A stretch of 32,000 nt of DNA from Candidatus Saccharimonadota bacterium (GTDB lineage Bacteria; Pseudomonadota; Gammaproteobacteria; Johnevansiales; Johnevansiaceae): NCBI RefSeq assembly GCF_000300075.1, contig NC_018677.1:1-32000 (forward strand), written 5' to 3'. The translations under genes and the position numbers were made by a program. Every line of letters starts with the position of its first letter. Position 1 is the stretch's first letter. This document shows, one piece after another, positions 19,615 to 28,814 of the stretch. Under the pieces are notes generated by a model. The model was not told the DNA's origin. It did not search any database and saw nothing but the letters and a program-made list of their open reading frames with translations.

Positions 19615-21210
19615 TATTTATTTTCTTTAGTATTAATCTATATACTGAACCGGCAAATTTAAATTATATTTAAACCACCAACTAGTTTCTTTTCTTCTGT
19701 ACCTTAATACTAATTGATATAAATGTACCTTAATACTTAACGAAAGAACTAGATACTTATTTAAGTTACTACTTTCTTTTTAACAAACCTTTGTTTTTTT
19801 AAACCCAAAGACTATACCTTTAATAAAAAGCATCAATTTAAACAAACCCAATTTTATGTTTCTATAACCACTACAATTTAACAATACTTCAACAATACTA
19901 TATCTCTCTTTTTATTTACAATTTAAATTATCAATTGTTTACTAATCAACAAAATACTTACAACTATTTATTAACAACACTGTAATCTCATCTAAACACA
20001 TTAATCCCTTACTCTACTGTTTTATTTTTTTTACTTGTTGATTCGTTGCTAAATGTTGCTTATTTTTTTATTTATGTTCTGTTTTAGATTATTTTGTTTT
20101 TGCTGTATTATTTACTTGTTTAATTGCGTTGAGCTCTCTATGTTTTACCATCGAAATGGTATACTTCTTGTTTTTTTTGTTTTATGTTTATTAATTTATG
20201 CTTTATGTGTTTTGATTTTTGTATTTTGTGTTATTTTTACTCTGCTTAGTTTGTCCTGTTGTTATATTGCTTGTTATTTTTTTTTTATTTTATTATGTGT
20301 ATATTGTTTATGTGACCGTAAACTTTCTATTTTATTACCGTTATACAAGTTTAAACTTTTCAATTTTTGTTAGCTTTTTAAAATGTTCTTATGTATTAAA
20401 GCGTCTTTATTTACCATATATGTTATATTGTTACTGTATTATCTTTTCTGATTTTGTGTAGTTGTAGTTATGGTTTATGGTTTGTGGTTTTTGGTTTTTG
20501 GTTTTGTACCTGTGTTTTCTGTTATCATTTAGCACTTATGTTTTTTTTTTGTTTGACAATTTTTGTGTTTTCTGGTTTCTATTTTTTTTCTGCTTATTAT
20601 TTTCTTCTCTTTTATTTTGTTGTATTTTTGTATCAGTGTCTTTATGTTTTGTTTAGTTGTGTTTGAAAAAAATACTATCGGTTATTTAAATATGTTATAT
20701 GTTTATTAGTAAGGATAAAAGTGAAAGCTGTTATATGCTGCTTAAATTAGATGTTAGATGAGATTTTAAGATGTTAGATATTTGATGGATTGTTTTTAAG
20801 AGGTTTGCTGTTAATTATTGTTTTTAAGAGGTTTGTGGTTGGAAGATATGTTTTTATCTGTTAGTTATTAGAGGTTTGTTGTTTTTATGTTAGAGTTTAG
20901 AAAGTTTCTGGTTAGAGGAATTTTTGTTTAAAGTTGTTGTTTGATGTGTTTTTTTTAGAGGTTATTTTTTAGTTTATTGTTTTTTTGTTGTTAGTTTTAT
21001 GTTTTTTCTGATGTTTGTTGCTTTTATTGTTAATTAGAGATTAGAGTTTGGTTTTATGTTTTTGCTTTTGAGTTTTTATGTTTATGTTTATATTTTGTTT
21101 TGTTTAAAGTTTATTTATTAGATGTTGTTGTTTAGAGGTTTAGATGTTGGTGTTTTTAGATGTTAGATTGTTTTTTTATCTTTTAGAGGTTATATTATTA
21201 TTTTTTATGT

Positions 21211-21238
21211 TTTGATGTTTGATGTTTGATGTTGTATG
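21211..21238 (+). repeat. Heptanucleotide array (TTTGATG)x3 plus TTGTATG
   Basis: Read directly: tttgatg tttgatg tttgatg ttgtatg. Confidence 0.88.
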
Positions 21239-21645
21239 TTGTTTAAAACAGTTAAATTGTTAGTCTGTTATTTGAAAATTTATTATATGTTATTTGTTTA
21301 GATGTTTAGATGTTATTTGTTGTTTAATTATATTATTTTTAAGAATTTATGTTAAATGTTAAATGTTGTACTATTAATAAATTAGAGGTTATATTAGATT
21401 TTAGTTTTGTACGAAATTTGATTGAATGATTTTTGAGGTTGTATGTTAGAGTTTTATTTTATTTTTGTATGTATCTATATTATTAGAGGTTAATAGTTGT
21501 GTAATGTAACAGAGTTTGTATACCTGCTTTTCTTTTACAACAACAATAAGAACTAACACCATTTGTATGTTGCATTATTTATTTATTAGATGTTGATTTT
21601 TTGTTGTTTTGTTAAACTGTTTGCTGTTATGCTTTGTTTTATTAA

Positions 21646-21680
21646 TTAGAGATTAGAGATTAGAGATTAGTAGTTAGTTG
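21646..21680 (+). repeat. Heptanucleotide array (TTAGAGA)x3, then TTAGTAG and TTAGTTG
   Basis: Read directly. The same TTAGAGATTAGAG unit recurs at 18811, 21041 and 29054. Confidence 0.88.
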
Positions 21681-22252
21681 TTAATAGAAGTTATAAGTTG
21701 TAAGTTATTTTTTTATTTTAATGTGTTGTAGTTTAAACATGAACATGATCATGATGTACGCTATTACATGATAAGAAACGTGTTACTTGTGTTATATAAC
21801 TAAGTAATACATACAAATGTAAGTTTGTTAGATAATATACAGTAGGCAGTAGGTTTAGTGTGTATAAATGTGTAAAGTTGTCATCAATGTGTTGTGTTAA
21901 CAGAATTATTGTTTTGATATTTGGTGTGTTGAAGGATATGTTGTTTAAAAGATAATAAAAGTTGTAGAAGAAAAAGGAGATATGTTAGTTTGAATTATAG
22001 GAAGGGGTTTGTTGTTTTGGGTTTGATAGAAACTGTGTAAATCGAAAGTCTGGGTTATGGGTCAACAGGTGTATAGTAAATATAAAATGTAAATACGTTA
22101 AAAGAGAAGTTAGGTTGGTTATTAAAGGAGGTTTGTTAAAGTATTTGTGTATAAGGTTAAAATTGTGTTATTTGAGTAGTTTGTTAAATTGTTTTGTGTG
22201 TGTGTATATGTATGGGGTAGGTTTTTGAGAAAGAAAAGAGTTGTATATTTAT

Positions 22253-22266
22253 GGGGTGGGGTGGGG
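22253..22266 (+). repeat. G-run microsatellite GGGGTGGGGTGGGG
   Basis: Read directly. A fourth GGGG lies at 22214-22217 and a (TG)6 run at about 22195-22206. Confidence 0.9.
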
Positions 22267-22845
22267 TTACTATACGATTGGAAAGTAATAGGATTATAGG
22301 TTTGATGGAAGACAAAATAATGGACAAGTATTTGTTAATAGTTACTTAACTTAAAAAAGAGTTTATGAAATGGTAATAAAGATGTATAAATGGTGAAGAA
22401 GGATGTTAGTATAAGTAAATAATGAAGATTAAAAAAGTCAAAAGGTAATAAACTAAAAAAAAAAGAAGAATCATATTTATAAAAAAAAATGAGTTATTAA
22501 AAAGTAAAGAGATAAAACAAAAATTGTTTAAACGGTTACACAGAAATTTTATAAATATATACTAAACTAAAGAAATAAATCAAGCAAATCACAAACGTGA
22601 TAAAAAATATAATATAAATTACTCAGGGTAATAAAACTTAGTTTTAAGGGATAGTTGTTAATAGATGTCTTTATCAAGATGTGATAGAAACAAATTCTAT
22701 ATATACTTTATATAATAAATATAATAGTTGATTATGAAAAAAAACTATAAATAACAAAAGACTAAATTTCTTTATAACAAGGAATAATTATTTTAATAGA
22801 TTGTAATAAAAGCATAAGGTTTATTTAAAATGTTTATAATTTTTT

Positions 22846-25068
22846 ATGTATGATTCATCCAAGATTAAGATCTTAAAAGGTTTAGATCCTGTAAAAAAAA
22901 GACCAGGAATGTATATAGGCAATACAGATGATGGTACTGGTTTGCACCACATGTTATTTGAACTTATTGATAATTCTATTGATGAATATTTAGCAGGTTT
23001 CTGTACAACTATTAGAATACAAATTATAAAGTATAAGATACTAACAATTGAAGATAATGGAAGAGGAATACCTATAGATACTCACTCATTCGGCATATCA
23101 GCTGCAGAGATAATTATGACTATATTACATGCAGGAGGAAAATTTGATAATGATTCTTATAACTTTTCTGGCGGTTTACATGGTGTAGGTTTATCGGTAG
23201 TAAATGCTTTATCTGAATTTATGAAATTATATATTTATAGAAAAAATAAATCTTATAAACAACTATATTTAAATGGAATACCAACAACGCCTTTAAAAAC
23301 AATTGGAAGAACAAAAAAAAACGGTACCAAAATAAGTTTTAAACCTTCAACAAAAATTTTTATAAATAGCAGTTTAAATTACAATATAATCTATAAAAGA
23401 TTACAAGAAATGTCTTTTTTAAATAAGAAATTAAAAATCGTTTTAATAAATAACGAAAAACAAATAGTATTGTATAATGAAGGTGGAATTAAGACGTTTG
23501 TTGCAAAACTTAATAATCATAAAACTAATATATGCCCAATTTTTTATTTACATTCAAAAAAAACAAATATGCTTATAGAAGTAGCAGTTCAATGGAATAA
23601 TTCATTTACAGAATTAGTTAAATGTTACACAAATAATATACCACAAACTGACGGTGGAACTCATTTGTTTGGTTTTCGCACAGCTTTAACAAAAGTTATT
23701 AAAACGTATATTAAAAAGGAAAACATAAAGAATAACTATTCTATAAATAGTGATGATATAAAGGAAGGAATAACTGCAATTATAGCTATTAAAATGCAAA
23801 ACCCAAAATTTTCTTCACAAACAAAAAATAAATTAATATCATCAGAAATAAAAATAGCGGTAGAAAACGAATTAAACAAAACATTTTATCTTTATTTATT
23901 AGAGCATCCTAAAGAGTCAAAAAACCTTATAAATAAATTTATTAATTCCGCAAAAATACGAGAATCTTCTCGTAAAGCAAGAAATGTTGCTAGAAAAAGA
24001 CTAGCTTTAGATGTTGCTAAATTGCCGGGTAAATTATCTGATTGTCAAGAAAAAAATCCAAAAAAATCGGAATTATATATCGTAGAGGGCGATTCTGCTG
24101 GTGGATCAGCTAAGCAAGGAAGAGACAGACGTATACAAGCAGTTTTAGCTTTAAAAGGAAAAATAATTAATGTAGAAAAATCAGGGTTTGAAAAAATATT
24201 TGTATCAAATGAAATAGTCACGTTAATAACGGCATTAGGTTGTGGAATAGGACAAAAAGAATTTGATATAAAAAATTTACGTTATCATACAATTATAATT
24301 ATGACAGATGCAGATGTAGATGGTTCACATATAAGAACATTATTATTAGCATTTTTTTTTAGATATATGCCTAAACTAATTGAAAATGGTTATGTATATA
24401 TTGCACAACCACCTTTGTTTAAAATTAAACATATAAAAAAAGACATATATATAAACAATGAAAAAGATCTACATAAACATACACTTAAAATATGCTTAAA
24501 AGAAAAACAACTTCTAAGCAATAAAAAATATATAAGTATAAAGAAATTACTGTTGAAGTATATAAGTGTTTATAATATTTCAAACAAAAGAAAAAAAAGT
24601 GATTTAAAATTAGAAAAAAATTATTTAAATGATGCTTATTATCTAAATAAGTTTTATTCTTTCTATTTTTATTTAAATAAATTGGTATTATCATCTAATA
24701 TCTATTACGTGTTAATAAGCTTTAAAAAACAACTAAACAAATTAAATAATTTTAATGATAAGATTAATTTATTCTTTAATAAAAAGATATTTAAAAGTTT
24801 TTATAAACTCTATGATTTAATACAACTTATATTTTACAAATTGTTCTATAAAAGTTTTTATATACAGAGATATAAAGGGTTAGGAGAAATGAATCCTAAT
24901 CAATTATGGGAAACATCAATGAACCCCTTTAAACGAATATTATTCAAAATGATAATTAAAGACGTTTGTAAAGCAAATTTACTTTTTAATATATTAATGG
25001 GTGAGAGCGTTAAACCTAGAAGACACTTTATCCAAAATAATGCGTTACTTGCTAATATAGATCTTTAG
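22846..25068 (+). CDS. gyrB: DNA gyrase subunit B
   Basis: 740-aa ORF. Motifs YDSSKIKILKGLDPVKKRPGMYIG, LHHMLFELIDNSIDE, GGLHGVG, YIVEGDSAGGSAKQGRDR, IMTDADVDGSHIRTLLL and QRYKGLGEMNP. Residues about 545-660 are low-complexity K/N/Y/F/L sequence. Confidence 0.96.
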   Translation: MYDSSKIKILKGLDPVKKRPGMYIGNTDDGTGLHHMLFELIDNSIDEYLAGFCTTIRIQIIKYKILTIEDNGRGIPIDTHSFGISAAEIIMTILHAGGKFDNDSYNFSGGLHGVGLSVVNALSEFMKLYIYRKNKSYKQLYLNGIPTTPLKTIGRTKKNGTKISFKPSTKIFINSSLNYNIIYKRLQEMSFLNKKLKIVLINNEKQIVLYNEGGIKTFVAKLNNHKTNICPIFYLHSKKTNMLIEVAVQWNNSFTELVKCYTNNIPQTDGGTHLFGFRTALTKVIKTYIKKENIKNNYSINSDDIKEGITAIIAIKMQNPKFSSQTKNKLISSEIKIAVENELNKTFYLYLLEHPKESKNLINKFINSAKIRESSRKARNVARKRLALDVAKLPGKLSDCQEKNPKKSELYIVEGDSAGGSAKQGRDRRIQAVLALKGKIINVEKSGFEKIFVSNEIVTLITALGCGIGQKEFDIKNLRYHTIIIMTDADVDGSHIRTLLLAFFFRYMPKLIENGYVYIAQPPLFKIKHIKKDIYINNEKDLHKHTLKICLKEKQLLSNKKYISIKKLLLKYISVYNISNKRKKSDLKLEKNYLNDAYYLNKFYSFYFYLNKLVLSSNIYYVLISFKKQLNKLNNFNDKINLFFNKKIFKSFYKLYDLIQLIFYKLFYKSFYIQRYKGLGEMNPNQLWETSMNPFKRILFKMIIKDVCKANLLFNILMGESVKPRRHFIQNNALLANIDL

Positions 25069-25076
25069 TTTTATAC

Positions 25077-25096
25077 TACTACTACAAGTAGTAGTA
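25077..25096 (+). terminator. Hairpin 9 nt after the gyrB stop; a weak candidate intrinsic terminator
   Basis: TACTACTA (25077-25084) pairs with TAGTAGTA (25089-25096) around a CAAG loop. The stem is made of a (TAC)n/(GTA)n palindrome. Downstream sequence is T-rich but has no clean U-run, and the stem has only 2-3 GC pairs. Confidence 0.3.
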
Positions 25097-25450
25097 CTTC
25101 TTTACTGGTTTTTCTTTTTAATTTCTATATTTTTCTGTAGCTGTTATATTTTTTTTTGTTACTCTTTGCACTTTTTTTTTATTATATTTTTATGTACTTT
25201 TAAAGACTTAAGTATTGTTATATCTTTTATATATTTTTATGCTATCTATTATAAACATAATTTATTGTTTCTGTTCTTTTTATGTTTAAAACTGTTTTGG
25301 TCGATTTTGGCTTTTGATTCTCTTAGTTAAATGATGTTGTTCTTGCTTTTAGTTTACTTATATTGTTTAAAGTTTATAGATGTTTTATAAGTTTTTGTTG
25401 CTTGGGGTAAGTAAATATTGTGTTGTGCAGTGAGAGAAATGTATAAAAGA

Positions 25451-25492
25451 GGAACAGGAACAGGAACAGGAACAGGAAGAGGAATAGGAATA
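25451..25492 (+). repeat. Compound hexanucleotide microsatellite (GGAACA)x4, GGAAGA, (GGAATA)x2
   Basis: Read directly in strict 6-bp phase. Confidence 0.9.
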
Positions 25493-25700
25493 GGTAGTAG
25501 TTAGTGTTATCAGTTAATAGGGGTTATCAGAGTATAAGTTAAATGTAAGATATAATAGAAGTGGTAGCGGGTAGATTCACATATGTAAGTGTAAGTATGT
25601 TAAAACTTTTTAAAATAGATAATTTGTATAATGTTAAAGAATATATGAATAATAAAAAGTTGATTTAAAGCATGGTTTGTGAATGCCGCTATAGATGGTA

Positions 25701-25774
25701 AGGCCTATAGCTCAATAGGTAAGAGCAGAGGACTCATAATCCTTGTGTTGTAGGTTCAAGTCCTACTAGGCCTA
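25701..25774 (+). tRNA. tRNA with CAU anticodon (elongator Met or lysidine-type Ile2; not initiator)
   Basis: Manual cloverleaf: acceptor AGGCCTA/TAGGCCT, D-arm GCTC-AATAGGTAA-GAGC, anticodon arm GAGGA-CTCATAA-TCCTT, variable loop GTGTT, T-arm GTAGG-TTCAAGT-CCTAC, discriminator A, no encoded CCA. It lacks the initiator features (1:72 mismatch, GGG/CCC anticodon stem). The AGGC... start and GTTCAAGTCC T-arm resemble E. coli ileX-type tRNA. Confidence 0.9.
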
Positions 25775-27695
25775 TAAAATCAGAAAGTCGGATAAAGATA
25801 TTAAATATAGTTAATAAGATTAAAATGTTGTTTTTAGTTACATTAATATTATTCTGAAAAATTTGAAGAGCTTTTATATATGCGTTAAATTTAGTATGTA
25901 GCGTATAACTTATATAAAAAATATCTTTGTAGTTACAATTACCGTTACTTAGTAACTTATTATAGGTTTGTTTAAAAAATAATATTGAATTAAATAATTT
26001 ATATTCTGCATTTGTTTTTAAATGTCTTATATTAACTGTCTTTTTTAAAAAGCAATTATGTTTATATTTTTTTTTAAATTGTTTTATAAAGTTATTTATT
26101 CTTTTATTAATTTCTATTATTTTGTAAATAAACGTATTATTAGTTAATAAATAATTAATTATATAACTCCGTCTAAACAAATCATAAGGACAATAACTTG
26201 TATGTTGTATAGAACCAAAACTTGTTTTATAGATATGTATTTTGTAAGTTATAATTAATAGTTTGTCTGTTATAAAACATATTATGTCCTTTACAAAATG
26301 ATTAAGTTTTAAAAAACAGTTGTACTGAGAAAAGGAATACAGAATCAAAAACCATAAATCTAAATTATATTCATTTAAAATAATAAGTTTTAATATTATA
26401 TAAGCTAATCTTCTTGTAAAGAAAATATCCTTACTATTATTAAATTTATAACCCAAATAAAAAAAACCTATTAAATCGTCTATTTTATTTGATAGGGATA
26501 AAGATATACCTTCTTTTGTATAAGGTAAAATATTTATATATTGATTTGGTAAATATTGTTGATACAATGTTTTATAGATTTCAAGTTTCTCTTTATTTAT
26601 ATAGCAATAATAAGATCCAATTAATCCTTTAAATAAGTTAAACTCATTAACAAAGTATGTAAGGAAATCACATTTTGCTAAATATCCAGCTCTAATAGTA
26701 ATGTAAACATTTCCACCTATATATTGTACATATTTTTTTAAAATGGTAATAATTCTACGAGTTTTATCAGCTAAAGTACCTAAGTTATATTGAAAAATTA
26801 CTAATTCTAAATCTTTAAAACGTTCATATAAATTTCTTTTTAAATCATATAGTACCAAACATAAAATATCATAAAAACAAATGTTTATATTCATTTCATA
26901 AAAAGTTATTAATTTTTTTTTATTTAAAGTATTTACATTTACAATAACAATGTATTTATTTGTTATAATGTTTTTTTTATTTAATAAAAGAAACCCTTTT
27001 TGTTTAAAATTAATAATAAAGATTGTTATTTCCTTCGGAAAATTTTTAAATATTTTATTAAAGTTTATAACTATCGCTACGGGCCACTCAACTAAATGAG
27101 TAATAAATCTTAATAGGACTTGATCTATACTTACGACTAAATTATGTTTATTAGAATTATATAAAATCATATGTCTAATTATTTCACATCTATAATTTAA
27201 TTTAACAAGTACATAACCAGGATACTTTACTTTTAATAAGTATTCATTACTATTTTTTAGTTTTATATATTTTTTACAATGTATTATATGACCATAAGTT
27301 TTTCTATTAGACAACATATTAAATAATTTAATGTTTATTATCTTTTTATTAAATAACAAAATAAACCATGTTATAGGACGTATAAACTTTTTTGACTTTT
27401 GTCCCCATCTCATTTGTTGTAATGCTGATATCTTTGTTAAAAAGATTTTTATAGCAATTTTAAGTATATGTTTTAATTTATTAACCAAAACTTTGTGTAT
27501 ACTGTCTATATGTATGGCAATACGTCTAGCTGTTGTAAAAACATTTATTGTATTAAAATAAAAATTTTCTTTATTTTGTTTATAGGTATATGTTCTGAAT
27601 TTTTGGTTTAAAATTCTTATAATATTGTTGATGATAATTTCATTAGCTTTTATAGGTAAGTTTTCAAAACCAACTTCAATAAATAAATTATTCAT
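25734..27695 (-). CDS. glyS: Glycine--tRNA ligase beta subunit
   Basis: 653-aa ORF, 8-nt overlap with the glyQ stop. GlyS-like blocks: VGFENLP, MRWG, LVEWPVAIV, LGTLADKTRRI, RAGYLAKCDFLT. The last ~10 residues (VGLEPTTQGL) are antisense to the tRNA gene. Confidence 0.9.
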   Translation of the reverse strand: MNNLFIEVGFENLPIKANEIIINNIIRILNQKFRTYTYKQNKENFYFNTINVFTTARRIAIHIDSIHKVLVNKLKHILKIAIKIFLTKISALQQMRWGQKSKKFIRPITWFILLFNKKIINIKLFNMLSNRKTYGHIIHCKKYIKLKNSNEYLLKVKYPGYVLVKLNYRCEIIRHMILYNSNKHNLVVSIDQVLLRFITHLVEWPVAIVINFNKIFKNFPKEITIFIINFKQKGFLLLNKKNIITNKYIVIVNVNTLNKKKLITFYEMNINICFYDILCLVLYDLKRNLYERFKDLELVIFQYNLGTLADKTRRIITILKKYVQYIGGNVYITIRAGYLAKCDFLTYFVNEFNLFKGLIGSYYCYINKEKLEIYKTLYQQYLPNQYINILPYTKEGISLSLSNKIDDLIGFFYLGYKFNNSKDIFFTRRLAYIILKLIILNEYNLDLWFLILYSFSQYNCFLKLNHFVKDIICFITDKLLIITYKIHIYKTSFGSIQHTSYCPYDLFRRSYIINYLLTNNTFIYKIIEINKRINNFIKQFKKKYKHNCFLKKTVNIRHLKTNAEYKLFNSILFFKQTYNKLLSNGNCNYKDIFYISYTLHTKFNAYIKALQIFQNNINVTKNNILILLTIFNIFIRLSDFIGLVGLEPTTQGL

Positions 27696-28551
27696 AATTG
27701 TTTATATATTTTTTTGCAATTTCAAAAGCCATAGATCTTACGCGATGTATATACATTTTTTTTTCTATAAAATCTATAATTTTACAAGAATCTAATAAGT
27801 TTAAAATGTGTGATGATTTTAATAAATTTTCATAAGCAGGCATGATTAATTTTTTTTGTAATAAATGAAAACACGTAGTTTCATATTTTAAAAACTTTTT
27901 TAACAAATTTTGTTTGTTTAAACAATTAAAGTTATAAGTTGATTGTTCTTTTTCATTTTGTAAAAATAGCTCACCATAACTAATATTTTTATTCCATTTT
28001 ATGTCATATATATCATCTATACTTTGCAAATGCATCGCTATTCTTTCAAGTCCATATGTAATCTCTCCTGTAACAGGAGAACAATCTATACCTCCTATCT
28101 GTTGAAAATAGGTAATTTGTGTAATTTCTATATTATTTAACCATACTTCCCAACCTAAACCCCAAGCTCCTAAACTAGGTGACTCCCATTTATCTTCTAA
28201 AAATCTTATATCATTTAATTTTAAATTAACACCTAACGTATTTAATGAATCTAAATAAAAATTTTGAAAGTTTTTTGGTGAAGGTTTAAAAACAACTTGA
28301 AATTGATAATAATGTTGTAATCTATTTGTTTTATTTCCATATCTACCATCTTTAGGCCTTCTACAAGATTGAACAAAACAAGTTTTAACAACTTTTATAG
28401 TTTTATTTATAGACGTAAAAAAAGTAAAAGGATGAAATGTAGCAGCACCTATTTCTAGATCAAAAGGTTGTAAAATAATACAACCCAAATTAGACCAAAA
28501 CTTTTTTAAACTTAAAATTATTTTTTCAATAGTAATATATTTTTTTTTCAT
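27688..28551 (-). CDS. glyQ: Glycine--tRNA ligase alpha subunit
   Basis: 287-aa ORF. Motifs RRPKDGRYG, QHYYQFQV, WESPSLGAWGLGWEVWLNNIEITQITYFQQIGG and ITYGLERIAM. Confidence 0.96.
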   Translation of the reverse strand: MKKKYITIEKIILSLKKFWSNLGCIILQPFDLEIGAATFHPFTFFTSINKTIKVVKTCFVQSCRRPKDGRYGNKTNRLQHYYQFQVVFKPSPKNFQNFYLDSLNTLGVNLKLNDIRFLEDKWESPSLGAWGLGWEVWLNNIEITQITYFQQIGGIDCSPVTGEITYGLERIAMHLQSIDDIYDIKWNKNISYGELFLQNEKEQSTYNFNCLNKQNLLKKFLKYETTCFHLLQKKLIMPAYENLLKSSHILNLLDSCKIIDFIEKKMYIHRVRSMAFEIAKKYINNYE

Positions 28552-28748
28552 TCTACTTGTTTTCAGTTTATATTTTTTTTATAGGTATTTTTTTATATTA
28601 GTGTTTTTTTTTTTAACTTTCAATTCTTTTTTTTTAACTAATTCTTTGTTTTATTATTTTTCTATGTTTATTGCTATTTGCTTTAGATCTTTGCTTTTGT
28701 TGTTTTTATAGTTATTTTTAGCTGTTTTTTATTATTTGCCTTTGATAT

Positions 28749-28814
28749 TTGCTCTTGCTCTTGCTTTTGCTCTTGCTCTTGCTCTTGCTCTTGCTCTTGT
28801 TATTGTTATTGTTT
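28749..28814 (+). repeat. Compound hexanucleotide microsatellite (TTGCTC)x8 (one TTGCTT variant), (TTGTTA)x2, TTGTTT
   Basis: Read directly. It generates the spurious poly-Leu ORF 28749..28940. Confidence 0.92.

Larger units (their letters stand above)
19603..22845. other. Expanded non-coding spacer between divergent rpmH and gyrB (3243 bp)
   Basis: Zones on the + strand: A/C-rich 19603-20000; T-rich and A-poor 20000-20660; G/T-rich repeat zone 20700-21700; nearly C-free G/A/T zone 21700-22450; A-rich 22450-22845. The only ORFs are stop-poor composition artefacts. Confidence 0.85.

Noticed and set aside
20053-20666. Three consecutive or overlapping ORFs (106, 80 and 70 aa) encoding Cys/Phe/Leu-rich hydrophobic peptides in the rpmH-gyrB spacer
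   Set aside because: The block is T-rich and A-poor, so stop codons (all of which need A) are rare and long ORFs arise by composition alone. The ORFs overlap in different frames, have no RBS, and have no recognisable domain. The same effect is seen in other T-rich blocks.
21744-21753. 10-bp palindrome CATGATCATG within acatgaacatgatcatgatg
   Set aside because: It is a by-product of a short (CATGA)-type slippage run. It is isolated, has no partner sites, and has no flanking structure suggesting a binding site.
22665-22715. Short ORF MSLSRCDRNKFYIYFI* 180 nt upstream of gyrB, whose first residues resemble the RecF N-terminus (MSLTRLLIRDFRN)
   Set aside because: Only about 5-6 identities over 11 residues. 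A stop follows after 16 codons, there is no Walker A motif downstream, and the position is wrong (the recF N-terminus should be about 1.1 kb from gyrB). Most likely coincidence, but worth including in the HMM search of the spacer.
19603-22845. DnaA boxes (TTATCCACA / TGTGGATAA) that would mark oriC in the rpmH-gyrB spacer
   Set aside because: I found no exact or near-exact box by eye. With dnaA apparently absent from its canonical slot none may be expected, so no origin feature is called.
25627-25632. TATAAT hexamers upstream of the tRNA (25627) and just before the gyrB ATG (22835) as promoters
   Set aside because: TATAAT-like strings occur by chance very often at this AT content. No matching -35 element sits at 17 bp, and the gyrB one is only 5 nt from the start codon. 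There is too little support to call them.
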